64,000 nt of DNA, taken from positions 17,856,001 through 17,920,000 of the forward strand of contig CM022665.1 in assembly GCA_012295275.1 (NCBI GenBank), read 5' to 3'. The stretch is from Chrysomallon squamiferum. Its lineage: Eukaryota > Animalia > Mollusca. Shown here in pieces: positions 27,967 through 40,413 of this stretch. The translations under genes were made by a program, and so were the position numbers. The notes under the pieces are model-generated. The model saw only the letters and a program-made list of their open reading frames with translations. It was not told the DNA's origin and searched no databases. Position 1 is the first letter of the stretch; each line of letters starts with the position of its first letter.

Positions 27967-28734
27967 GGCTGGCCAAATATATTACTATGAGAAAGGATAA
28001 ATCTAAGCAAGCAATACATTATCTACCAAAATAACAAAGACAGCCTTCCATTATTTCCACAGACGCCATTTATTATCTGGTATTATTATTAATTTTACAT
28101 GCAGTGATTAAAACAAAAGGCTAGATGGTTCACACGGCTAGGAAGTCAATTTGACTGACATTATTATATACATTACCTGACTAAATTTAAAAAAAATATA
28201 AAATAAAATTTAAAAAATGCCTTTACAGAGTCGTGTATGTTTGAAATAAACAATATCAATGGAAGGGAAAGAGATAGTTTTATCTTTTTATAGGGTTTGT
28301 TTTTATTTATAAATATTATCTTAAGTGGTCTGTTTAATGTTTCAGCACCACACTGAGAGCTACACAATACAATTATAACAAAATAATTATTTTAGATAAC
28401 AGAGATGCCAATTAATGATTCCTCTCGTCAAACATTTTAAAACTACAGTCAATTCAAGCTTAGATAATGTTGTATCTCTGTGGTAGAGCTATGTATCAAA
28501 GAATCAGTTTTGTATTGTTGTTATTATTGCAATTTTTATTATTACATTAAAAATACTACTGCTACTACTTCCATTGTTATATTCATTACTATTACTGTTA
28601 CTACTACTAATACAATAACATTAATGAAAAAATAAAAATAGCAATGATAACAACAGTACAATATAATAATAATAAAAATAACAGTAACTACATAAAAATA
28701 ATAACATTAAAAACAAAACAATAATCACAATGAC

Positions 28735-28780
<46 letters not shown>

Positions 28781-31700
28781 CAATAATCACAATGACACAA
28801 TAATATTAACAATATTAATACCAGAAACAATCAGAATAACAATCATAATGAAACTAACAACAAAACTAGCAGTGAAATATAATGATAATAAAATAATAAT
28901 AAAAGCCCTACATACATAGACATAACAAATAACTTAGGAATATTGATTACTAGAAAGGATCTGACAATTACTGGTTTCCAGACTTGACATAAATTTGACA
29001 CTTGTATTCCGAATGACAATAATAATCTAATATGGTTTAAGAAAAAATATCACATCTCAGAATATTTCTCATTTATTTGATTTGTATCTATTACAGAGCA
29101 GTCTACTTTGTAATAACGAGTAAAATGGTCTTTAGTGAATATGTTATAGATGTGAGTCAAGGAATCAAATGTCACACCGATTTAATGGAAACTGTTGTTG
29201 GTTGACTATTCTCAGAAATCACACAGATTTAATGGAAACTGTCACTAGTTGAATATTTTCAGAAATCACACACATTTAATGGAAATTGTCATTTGTTGAA
29301 CAGATTTAATGGAAACTGTCACTAGTTGAATATTTTCAGAAATCACAAACATTTAATGGAAACTATCATTTGTTGAACATTCTCAGAAATCACACAGATT
29401 TAATGGAAAATGTCATTGGCTGAATATTCTCAGTCAATGCACAGATTTGATGGAAATTATCACTGGCTGAATATTCTCAGAAACAATTTCACTTAATGGG
29501 TTCTTTGAACCATGTCATTATCTTTGTTATGAAGGGTTTATTTTATTTATTCTGAATACTACTGTTTCTTGTTTATCTACAGAATTAGGGATCTTTTATT
29601 ATTTTGATTAGGAGTCCTTAACATGTTCCCATAGACAAGAACTGGAGTACTGTTTGGAACAGAAAATACCTTATTCAAGACACCAGGTGGGAGTGATCCA
29701 ATGATCATTTGTGTCTCAGCTTTGTTTGATATTAGATTTTTCAGCTAGCAAAATTATCAGTGTAAAAATTTGTTTAATACTTTAATGTGCTCTGAGCTGA
29801 TACAAGACTCTTCAAATTAAATGAAACATTATAAAAAAAAGTGGATACAAAAAATCTGACTACTAAATTAAGAACACCTACTTATTAATACTATTTATTT
29901 GTAATAAAAAACAGCAATTATACCTAGCATTTTTTTAGTTCACTAAGACCTCTGAAATAAGACAAAAATTCAACTTACCACTTTCTCCTATATCTAAAGC
30001 TAGATGGTGGATGAAAATCTGGTAACCGGCCTTGACCTTGATAAGCCAGGTACACTTTGTGTTACCAGGGAAGGGGTTGGGGAAGTTAGGAGATGATATC
30101 ACACCCCCAGCACCAGTCAGTGTTTCACTGCCACATCCTTTAGTGGGAGGACCAAATGGCTGCCATGCTGAAAAATACAAATAATAATTATTATTATTTT
30201 ATTTTTATTTTATTTTTTTCACGCTCATTAGGAAGTGTAATTAGCATAAAGAATTTTGTTTTAATATGTAAATTTACTTTTTCATATACAGAAAAAAGAT
30301 AATTCATTTAAAATACAAATAGGGAGTACTGGCTAGATTGGAAAAAAGCACACTGAAGAGGACAGATCCTAAAACCTATCACTCTTCAGACAAGTTATTT
30401 TGTAATGAACAGAAGTGATGAAGGTAAAGTCAGTAATAAAAATCATGTTGCAGACCAAAGTTGCTAAGTCATCAGGCTGTGTAATAACTTGTATAGTTCA
30501 CAGTTTGGAGTCTAGTCAGATGATTTTGGTAATATTGTTGTGAAATCCATTCAGAACAAATTTACCAAAACCATCTGACTAGATTTTACAGCATTAGAAA
30601 AAACATAAAACAAACAAACAAACAAACAAAACAAAAAAATGTACGATTACTGTAAAAATATCTTCAGTTACTTTTACACATATATTCATTAACTAAAACT
30701 ACCAATTTTTACATTACAAGATTTTACAGCTGTATTAAAAGAAAAAACAAAAACAAACTCCATACTGTCATCAAGGAATGTGTACTGTCCTAAAAAGCCA
30801 TTGGCAGTCTTGGTGTAATCAGAAACAAAAATAATTTCCAGTCGGGACTGTATTGATGTGATTGGTTCTGGTTTTTCCGACCCACAAAAACGACTTAGTA
30901 ACGTCTTGTAACCCATTCGGTCAACACTGAAGATGTCCACATAATCAAATCGACAACTGCATGTAAAAAATGAAAGCCAAACTAAATTTTATTAAAGAAG
31001 ACAATAAATGGAATAATATTATTTAAAACACACAAAAACATTTTCCATGTCTGCCTATAATGTTTAATTTAATTTCAAAATTTGTATTACAGTAGAAAAT
31101 ATTACTTTTCAATATGATTAATCTTTGTGATCTCATTATAAATTTAATTTTATACTACAAAACTTTTAAACTAGATAAAATGAATAAATTTTATTTTGTA
31201 TTAATTAGTGAGGATTCATTGATATATTCCATAATTATGTATAAATGAAATTTGAATTTCTCAACAATATAGGGTTTTTTCTTAAATTTTTTTAATACTG
31301 ATCTTGTTGCTGTTGCTGTCATTGGTGGCATTGATACTGTTAATTTTAATTATTACTGACATCATCTTCATTATTAATGTCAATAATGTTGTAATTGTTA
31401 TTACTGTTGTTGTTGTTGTAATTATTATTTATTACAGTTGTTGTTATTTTAATTTTATTATTATTATTATCATTGCTGTTGTTATTGTTGCTATTATTAT
31501 GTTACTACTACTACTACTACTACTACTACTATTATTATTATTATTATGTAAATCATCATCATCATTTAAACATTTTAACATACTCTTCATCTTCCAGTAC
31601 GTGTATAGATATATAACAAGTGATGACATCAAATTAGATATATAAAAAGTGATGATATAAAATTATACTAACGCTGTGTCATCTTTGGCCATGGGCTCTA

Positions 31701-32791
31701 GCTCAAAGACGTCAAACTCAATCTGAATGCGGCCATCAGTGGCTGCGTCAAAGTAGTAGTGACAAGTAATAAGCTCTGGGTAAAACTTGGGAAACTTGGG
31801 TGACTTGAAGTTACCAGACATCTGTTTCTTGTAGGAGAAGTGATATTCACACTTATCACCATCACCTGAAATCAGTAAATATGCCACTGTTACTAATAAA
31901 ACCTATCTTACTGATAAAACCTATTCTTACTGACTAAAACTACTGTAATTAATTAAATCTATTCTAATTAACAAAGCATATCTTACTGATAACATCCACT
32001 CTTACTAATTAATTTAAATTCATATTTTTTATTAAGTAATTTTCCCTAAAAAGATATTTTAATACATCAATTTGTAACACTGGCTGGATTAGGATGTAGC
32101 CCAAAGGTACTGATGCGTAAAACTGATCCTGAAACCCTTTAATTCTCAGTTATTGCCTGATTTGTTACATCCTGTACGTAAACAGTTTTGAGTGTTTTTC
32201 TTGCTGCCAGGCACCAAGATGGCTTCAGGTCAGTAAATATACATATGTCAGCTTTTTTGAATGCCATGGAAACGTCATTAATGTGAATGACATGGGTAAT
32301 AGTGAAAAATATTTTAAAACTGGTTCTGTCAATGTCAGATATTTTATCAAAATGTTTGTTAAACTGATTTAGACAGACCTCTCCAGCAACCATTCACACA
32401 TACAAACTGATCCACTTTACTTTACATTAACTCTTTCAGGAGTCTTCTTAAATCAATTTAGTTAATTTACTTTTCTTTCTTTCTTTCTTTTTTTTTTTCT
32501 TTTCTTTTTAAGAAGAAGTACAGAGTACATATTATTTCTGCTTAAACAAAACCATTAAACAATTTCCTTTGACAATTGTTTTTTTTATTTTTTTTATTCT
32601 TGGGGTGTGTTTTTTTTTTTGGTGGGGTAGTGTTTTGTTTTGTTTTGGTTTGTTGTTTTTTTTTCATAAAAAAAGATACGTCAATATTTGTTTTTTCTCA
32701 TATAATGGCTATTTCAAAACCACGTACCTAACACTATGTGTAAAAAAACTCCCAGAATCCATACTACTTCCACAGGAACTGGTTCAATCAT
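24112..32791 (-). CDS. Neuropilin-and-tolloid-like (NETO/SOL-2-type) CUB-CUB-LDLa single-pass membrane protein, 464 aa, 9 coding exons
   Basis: Exons 32791-32728, 31865-31673, 30956-30766, 30167-29979, 27378-27234, 26520-26441, 25859-25710, 25097-24753 and 24149-24112 are all GT-AG with compatible phases. They sum to 1395 nt. Product: signal peptide, CUB1, CUB2, LDLa, TM, tail ending ENTL*. Orthology to NETO is inferred from architecture only. Confidence 0.88.
24753..25097 (-). CDS. NETO-like exon 8: transmembrane helix and cytoplasmic tail
   Basis: ILIVTACIGFPSLAIIALIVTVVYCY followed by the basic stop-transfer RTKRVKK; acceptor TTCTTTCAG and donor GAAG|GTAAAA. Confidence 0.88.
25710..25859 (-). 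CDS. NETO-like exon 7: LDL-receptor class A module
   Basis: CDQFTC...CIDKSLHCDGVPNCGPFDDSDERK(C) with the CDG..NC...SDE signature. Confidence 0.92.
25836..26200. repeat. Degenerate ~28-bp tandem repeat with core CACAGGTAAATA spanning the LDLa exon acceptor
   Basis: About a dozen copies, the first inside the exon. Confidence 0.75.
26441..26520 (-). CDS. NETO-like exon 6: CUB2 C-terminal strands (not in the ORF track)
   Basis: FISTSANTERSKGFQLVWSAVRLPED; acceptor TTTCAG and donor GTAAGA. Confidence 0.88.
26926..27203. repeat. 30-bp minisatellite (GTAATTATAGAAGATGATGGTAAGCACTAA), ~9 copies
   Basis: Near-perfect tandem copies; explains ORF 26844-27197. Confidence 0.95.
27234..27378 (-). CDS. 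NETO-like exon 5: CUB2 middle part
   Basis: QCGEKHLLIYNG...RLCGQ...FLSSSSRVVIR; acceptor TTGTCAG and donor GTCAGA. Confidence 0.85.
29178..29482. repeat. ~48-bp minisatellite (TTTAATGGAAACTGTCACTAGTTGAATATTTTCAGAAATCACAC..), ~6-7 copies
   Basis: Recurrent unit in the intron between exons 4 and 5. Confidence 0.85.
29979..30167 (-). CDS. NETO-like exon 4: CUB2 N-terminal part
   Basis: CGSETLTGAGGVISSPNFPNPFPGNTKCTWLI; donor GTAAGT. Confidence 0.92.
30766..30956 (-). CDS. NETO-like exon 3: CUB1 C-terminal half
   Basis: CRFDYVDI...RFCGSEKPEPITS...LEIIFVSDYTKTANGFLGQY; donor GTATGG. Confidence 0.9.
31673..31865 (-). CDS. NETO-like exon 2: CUB1 N-terminal half
   Basis: CEYHF...SGNFKSPKFPKFYPELITCHYYF...IQIEFDVFELE; acceptor TTTCAG and donor GTTAGT. 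Confidence 0.9.
32083..32136 (+). mobile_element. Degenerate tRNA-derived SINE head fragment
   Basis: GGATGTAGCCCAAAGGTA..CTGATGCG resembles the A-box head of gastropod tRNA-SINEs. This is from memory and was not searched. Confidence 0.35.
32728..32791 (-). CDS. NETO-like coding exon 1: signal peptide MIEPVPVEVVWILGVFLHIVL(G)
   Basis: In-frame upstream TGA. Acceptor TTTTACAG at 32829-32828 and donor TAG|GTACGT (phase 1) joining GDGDKC. Confidence 0.8.
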
Positions 32792-33074
32792 CTTGCTGAT
32801 CTTACAGGATCATCCATTATCCTCAATCTGTAAAATAAATAAGTAAGTAAATGTATATATTTTCTTAAGCCTATAAAATAAATTATAGATAACAATAGTA
32901 TCAGTACCAATGAGACAATAATGGCAGAACTTAGATAACAATAATATCAGTACCTTTGAGACAAAAATGGCAAAGCCTTAAACAAACAGACTATCAGCCA
33001 CTGGCAGCCTATTTCTGTTACCTCAAGATGCTACAGAAGCCACTGATTAAAAATTAAAGGAATGTATACATAAT

Positions 33075-33390
33075 TGAGATGAGTCAAGACACAATTCACA
33101 GATCAGACCTCACAGGTCACAGAGGTTTTGTCAGTAAACTAGACATACCTAGCGGGTGATTTAACAGGTCAAGACAAACCTGGAGATCTCACAGGTTAAC
33201 ACAAGCCTAACATGTAATTTAACAGGTCAGCACAGACCTATCATGTAATCTCACAAATCAAAACAAACCTATTTGGAGATCTCACAGGTCAAGACAAATC
33301 TATCTGGTGTTATCATGGGTCTAAACAAACCTATCTGGCATTCTAATAGGTCAAGACAGACCTGTCTTATATTTTGTCAGTAAACTGGAC
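33075..33390. repeat. Degenerate ~32-bp repeat (ACAGGTCAAGACAAACC core)
   Basis: About 9 diverged copies. Confidence 0.7.
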
Positions 33391-34732
33391 CAGTGCCAGA
33401 AACTCTGCTACTAAATAGATTATATTTAGTCACATTTTAAAAAAACATAACATACACACACAGACACACAGTCACAGACACGCACACATCAAAGTGTTAA
33501 ATGACTTAATATCAAGTTTTTACTGTGAAGGAAAATGTCAAGCAGTTTAAAGTGTCGTGTCTGTAATCAACTCTAACAATCGGCTGGCTGCAGATAAACA
33601 TTGATTTTCTCTCTTTACACAAGGCTGCATCTTTAAAACATCAGGTGCAGAATGTACTGCTGATTTTGTACAGAAAAGAAGATATTATTCAACAGTTACC
33701 CAGTTTTCTACATGAAGAAATACCCATAGATACTATTGCTAAAATATTGTAAAACAATATACCTATTGTGGTATAGAAATAGTCATGGTACAGTATACCC
33801 ACTTTTCTGCATGAATAAATAGTTATAGTTTCAATTGTTAAAAAGTTATATACCTGCTTCTGTATAAAGAAATATTTATAGTTGTTATTGTTGATATATT
33901 ATTCAATAATATATCCTCTGAATATATAAAGAAATAGTTATAGTTTTTATTCGTAAGATATTATTCAACAATATACCTTGTGTGGATATGAAGAAACAGT
34001 CATAGTTTTTTTTATTGTTAAAATGTCATTCAATGATATTACCCGAAATCTTTTTAAGAAATATTTATAATTATGATATTTAAGTTGTTAAACCCTTACT
34101 AATCAACAAAATGTGTTTTGTCTAAATAAAGAAATATTATGAGTTTATATTGTTGAAGGATTATTTTTCAGTGAATAATAATTTTTTTTCTTTGTAAAAT
34201 ATTATATATTATTAGTGTGTATGGTGGTTTTTCATTTATAAAACAAAAGCTGTATGTAAAATATCAAGCTGTCTGTGTTTTTGTTCTAAAATATCTTTAT
34301 TTCATTTACAAATAATACATAGTAGTATCTCTCTCTCTCTCCAACGTTCATCCTAACATTAGGATCCTAATATAAATTACTGTCTTTTTTCAGTAGCAGC
34401 TTATGAATTTCTGTACATGAGGCATTCATAGATAGTTATTTGTTTAGAAGTGGAGATTATAGCTTATAATTTGAAATTGAATTTCCAAACAAACATAGAA
34501 CTTTACTTAGAATTTATATATATATATATTACATTTCAACCTAAAAAAACATTTTTTTTTCTACAGATGCACTTATTAAACTTTGACATAAAAAAAAAAA
34601 AAAAACTACAGTATTAAAAAAATATATATATCAATCTTTGAGTCTGGAAAGATATTAAAGATCACAGGAAACTGCAGATTCTGAAAGTCAACATTTGATG
34701 TCACTGTTGATTTATTAAAAAAAAATAATTAT

Positions 34733-37255
34733 CAGTGGCAGGCTCTTAGAAACAGTCTGTTTTTAGTCTAAAACACAGTGGCAGACTCACTGACATTAGT
34801 TTTTAGTCTAAAACACACAGAGGCAGACTCACTGATATAGTTTTTGGTCTAAAACACAAAGGGGCAGACTCACTGACATTAGTTTTTAGTCTAAAACACA
34901 CAGTGGCAGACTCACTGATATAGTTTTTAGTCTAAAACAAAGTGGCAGACTCACTGATATAGTTTTTAGTCTAAAACACACAGTGGCAGACTCACTGATA
35001 TAGTTTTTAGTCTAAAACACACAGTGGCAGACTCACTGATATAGTTTTTAGTCTAAAACACACAGGGGCAGACTCACTGATATAGTTTTTAGTCTAAAAC
35101 ACACAGTGGCAGACTCACTGACATTAGTTTTTAGTCTAAAACACAGTGGCAGACTCACTGATATAGTTTTTAGTCTAAAAAACACACAGGGCAGACTCAC
35201 TGATATAGTTTTTAGTCTAAAAACACACAGGGCAGACTCACTGATATAGTTTTTAGTCTAAAACACACAGGGGCAGACTCACTGATATAGTTTTTAGTCT
35301 AAAAAACAAAAAACACAGTTTTTGGCAGACTCACTGACATTAGTTTTTAGTCTAAAACACAGTGGCAGACTCACTGACATTAGTTTTTAGTCTAAAACAC
35401 ACAGTGGCAGACTCACTGACATTAGTTTTTAGTCTAAAACAAAGTGGCAGACTCACTGACATTAGTTTTTAGTCTAAAACACACAGGGGCAGACTCACTG
35501 ATATAGTTTTTAGTCTAAAACACACAGTGGCAGACTCACTGATATAGTTTTTAGTCTAAAACACACAGTGGCAGACTCACTGACATTAGTTTTTAGTCTA
35601 AAACACACAGTGGCAGACTCACTGATATAGTTTTTAGTCTAAAACACACAGGGGCAGACTCACTGATATAGTTTTTAGTCTAAAACACACAGTGGCAGAC
35701 TCACTGATATAGTTTTTAGTCTAAAACACACAGTGGCAGACTCACTGACATTAGTTTTTAGTCTAAAACACACAGGGGCAGACTCACTGATATAGTTTTT
35801 AGTCTAAAACACACAGTGGCAGACTCACTGACATTAGTTTTTAGTCTAAAACACACAGGGGCAGACTCACTGATATAGTTTTTAGTCTAAAACACACAGT
35901 GGCAGACTCACTGACATTAGTTTTTAGTCTAAAACACACAGGGGCAGACTCACTGATATAGTTTTCGGTCTAAAACACACAGGGGCAGACTCACTGACAT
36001 TAGTTTTTAGTCTAAAACACACGGGCAGACTCACTGATATAGTTTTTAGTCTAAAACACACAGGGGCAGACTCACTGATATAGTTTTTAGTCTAAAACAC
36101 ACGGGCAGACTCACTGATATAGTTTTTGGTCTAAAACACACAGGGGCAGACTCACTGACATTAGTTTTTAGTCTAAAACACACAGGGGCAGACTCACTGA
36201 CATTAGTTTTTAGTCTAAAACACACAGTGGCAGACTCACTGATATAGTTTTTAGTCTAAAACAAAGTGGCAGACTCGCTGACATTAGTTTTTAGTCTAAA
36301 ACACACAGTGGCAGACTCACTGATATAGTTTTTAGTTTAAAACACACAGGGGCAGACTCACTGACATTAGTTTTTAGTTTAAAACACACAGTGGCAGACT
36401 CACTGATATAGTTTTTAGTCTAAAACACACAGTGGCAGACTCACTGATATAGTTTTTAGTTTAAAACACACAGGGGCAGACTCACTGACATTAGTTTTTA
36501 GTTTAAAACACACAGTGGCAGACTCACTGATATAGTTTTTAGTCTAAAACACACAGTGGCAGACTCACTGATATAGTTTTTGATATAGTTTTAAAACACA
36601 CAGGGGCAGACTCACTGATATAGTTTTTAGTCTAAAACACACAGTGGCAGACTCACTGACATTAGTTTTTAGTCTAAAACACACAGTGGCAGACTCACTG
36701 ATATAGTTTTTAGTCTAAAACACACAGTGGCAGACTCACTGATATAGTTTTTAGTCTAAAACACACAGGGGCAGACTCACTGATATAGTTTTTAGTCTAA
36801 AACACACAGGGGCAGACTCACTGATATAGTTTTTAGTCTAAAACACACAGGGCAGACTCACTCATAGTTTTGACACACAGGGGCAGACTCATTGATATAG
36901 TTTTTAGTCTTTTTAGTTTTTAGTTTAAAACACACAGTGGCAGACTCACTGATATAGTTTTTGGTCTAAAACACACAGGGGCAGACTCACTGATATAGTT
37001 TTTGGTCTAAAACACACAGGGGCAGACTCACTGATATAGTTTTTAGTCTAAAACACACAGGGGAAGACTCACTGATATAGTTTTTGGTCTAAAACACATA
37101 GGGGCAGACTCACAGACATTATTTTTTTTTCTAAAACAGACAGTGGCTGAGTCATTGACATTAGTTTTTGGTCTAAAACATACAGTGGCAGGCTCAACAA
37201 TATTAGTTCTGTTGACAAATGTGCTTTTGGATTAAAACACACAATGGCTGACTCA
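34733..37255. repeat. 41/42-bp minisatellite array (CAGTGGCAGACTCACTGATATAGTTTTTAGTCTAAAACACA), roughly 60 copies
   Basis: Homogeneous tandem units with GTGG/GGGG and GATATAG/GACATTAG variants; the edges are degenerate. Confidence 0.97.
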
Positions 37256-38629
37256 GTACACAGTACAGCAAGTATCATAACATAAGAGTACTATGACTGT
37301 CACAGCACAAATGTGATGATAATTATACGACAGTGGAAATCTTTGAAGATTAAGCAAATCTCCAAGGACACATCTTCTCAGAAAACTGATAAGCATTTGT
37401 GAATAATTGCAAGATTACAATTTCCCTGCACCACTAGAGGTTCTAGCAAGCAAGGACATTAACCAAGTTATAAATGTCATCTCTGCTTTTGCTATTCGAA
37501 CATATCAAGGTCTAAAACTTACAGAGCTCATAAATATACCCACTGAGAAAACATGTAACAATGCAAATGAAGATATGTCGTGTCCTTAGAGTCTTCACAG
37601 ACTTTGACAAGCGAATATGTAGATAAGGATACTGAATTGAAAATGTGATTTCAGGACGATGTCAAATGTAAATGTTTGGAGAGTGGGTCAGTAAATTACT
37701 CTGACAATTGAGATAATGAAAAGCAGAGATTTTTTAATTGATTTTTTACTTCTTTTTTTTAAGGAAAATATTTTAAAAGTGATTTAGGTAAAGTAATAAA
37801 TGATGCTGGCCAAAATGCTAATGCAAAAGATTTGTTAGTATGAAATTAATAAAAACAGATTTTGGGAGAGTTTTGTTGTTGTTTCGGTTTTGATTTGGTT
37901 TTTTGTTGGGGGTTTTGGGAGGGTTTTGGTGTTATTGATTTTTTTTTCTTAAGTTCATTTCAGCAAGATCTACTTCAGGCATTTTTATTAAAATAAAAAA
38001 AACGTTTTATAAGATATCTTTTGAAAATTTATTTCTAATATTTGAATTATGTTCTTGCAAATAAAACAGAATTTCACTGCACCAGATATTTGTACAGATT
38101 AAAAAACTCTATAAAAATACTTTCTACAAGAAATAAAAAAGAAAGGAAGACTTAGAAAGAAATAAAAAAGAGAAAAAGATTAAGAAAATGAAAAAAAGAA
38201 AAGAGAAAGAAAGTATACAAAGAAAGGAAGAAAGAAAGAAAAAAGAGAAAGAAATAAAAAAGAATAAAGTAGAGAATGGAAAGGGAAAAATAAAAATAAA
38301 GAACAACTTAAAAAAATGTAATCATTTTAAGGTAGTAAAAACATTTGTTTTTTTGACATACAAGATATTTTTAAAAACTTTTTGTTTATATATATACCAT
38401 TTACAAGCATAATTGAACTGTGTAAATGAAATATCTGTTCTCAGAAGCAAACATTTTGATCAAATATGTACAAACTGCAACGATAAGGCAAATCAAGACA
38501 ACATAAACTCTACAATACCATTTGTCAGTTCTTGGTAACTGGAAATAAACCAAAAATAAACCTTGTGTGAACTGCAGAGATGTAAAAACAGTTTGACCTT
38601 TTAGAGACTTGGATACACATTTTTGATTG

Positions 38630-39305
38630 CATGTTCTTCCCTATTACTCAGCTTGATTTTACATGGCCTATAATAAATTTTTCAGGATTCTATAATCTTC
38701 TTCAAAGTACTGAAAACATTCAGTAATTCTTTTGTTTTTGAAAAAGGATAACAAAACATCTGATTGCAATTTCTTCAATGTTACTAAAAGATGGTGTAAT
38801 CAAAATAACATAATCCATAATAAATCTTTTAGGATTATAGAATCTTCTTCAAAGTACCAAAAATGATTCAGTAATTCTTACTGGGTTTTTTTAATTGTTT
38901 TATTTTTCTAAAAGATCAACTTGATGTAATAAATTTGTTAGGATTCTAGAATTTTTTTCAAAATTTTAAAAATGATTCAGTAACATTTTTTTCCTTCTTT
39001 TTTTTTTTGTTGTTTAAAAAAAGGGCAAGAACAAATTTGATTGCACATTCTTCATTATCACTACAATATATTGTAATTAACATAATAAAATATGATTCAT
39101 GAACCGATGATAAATTTGTTCGTTCAAGAATGTTCTTTTTAAAAATTGAAAATGATTGAGCAATGTTGTTTTTGTTATTGTTTTGTTATTGAAAGGACAA
39201 TAAAAAATGTGACTGCATGTTCTTCAATACTATTACAATATATGGTGTAATCAAAATTACATGAATCATAATAAATTTATTAAGAATGTAGAATTTTAAT
39301 CAAAG
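38630..39305. repeat. Old diverged tandem duplication (GATTGCA..TTCTTC / GGATTCTAGAAT / AAATGATTCAGTAA units)
   Basis: The same motif order recurs 4-5 times. Confidence 0.6.
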
Positions 39306-40139
39306 TATTCATTCACACATACATAGCTACCTACCTGCCTACCTATGTATATGTAAATACACACATACACACACACATACACATTTATACACACATACAT
39401 ACAAACATACATGCATACACACAGACACAAATACACATATATTCATCTTTCTGTCTGACATATTTTAAAAACAAAACAATAAGAGCAATAAATTTTGCCA
39501 TACAATTAAAATACACCATCTATTTTTTAAAAACAGTATTTGAGAAAATTCATTCAAGAATTATTTACAACAATTGTTTCCAGAGTTGTTGTTGTGTATC
39601 TTTTTCTTTTTAACTTTTTTATATAAATACTGAATGAATGTGGTAAAAATTTGCTGCAAATATTTTGAAAGAACTCCCAGAAAAGTGAAACTTTTAATTT
39701 TTAATTTATTATTATGTTTTTTTTAAAAGTTGGTTCAGTCAGTTATTTAATTTTGAAATGAACAGAGCTGCAGTTCCAGTGTTAATGATGAACTGGAAAA
39801 AGCCATGCAATCTGGCATCTTATTACATGAACTGTGTTTGAAATATACAACAAGCAGTTTTTCTCTTTAGTCATTTTAAACATGTATTAAATTGTTTTTA
39901 TTAAATAGTTGTCTTATTTTGAAAGGGTTATTAAACACATTTCTAGACTTTTCAAAATATCACTAAAAGGCTGAAAGTAAATTCTAATAAAATGGTAGAT
40001 TAAAGGAGACAGAGAGGGTTAGTGTAAGTGAAGACTTTAATAATAAAAAACAAATTTTGAGACGACTGTGCATTTGTTTCTCTAGTATTGATATCTAACT
40101 ACAATATGAAAATAGGCCCTTGTTCATATTTATATCTAG

Positions 40140-40413
40140 TTACAACTGATCTATCACTAACCTACCATTGTTTATCACTGATCTGCCAATGGTCCACCAT
40201 GATCTATCACTAATCTACCATTGGCCTACCACTAATCTACTACTGATTACCACTGTTTTATCACAGTTTCTACCACTGGTTTACAACTGATCTTCAACTG
40301 ATCTATCACTAATCTCTACTATTTTATCACTGGTCTGCCACTGGTTTATTACTGATCCATCACTAGTCATCTACCATTGGTCTACCACTGATCTACAACT
40401 GGTCCACCACTGT
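40140..40413. repeat. Degenerate ~13-bp repeat (CTACCACTGAT/GGT)
   Basis: About 20 diverged units. Confidence 0.8.

Noticed and set aside
28341-28363. RE1/NRSE-like TTCAGCACC half site in a neural-type gene
   Set aside because: The right half and spacing are poor, and REST is not expected in this lineage; a chance match is likely.
34733-37255. CRISPR-like array (palindromic repeat of ~40 bp)
   Set aside because: Units are head-to-tail with no unique spacers, there are no cas genes, and the context is eukaryotic.
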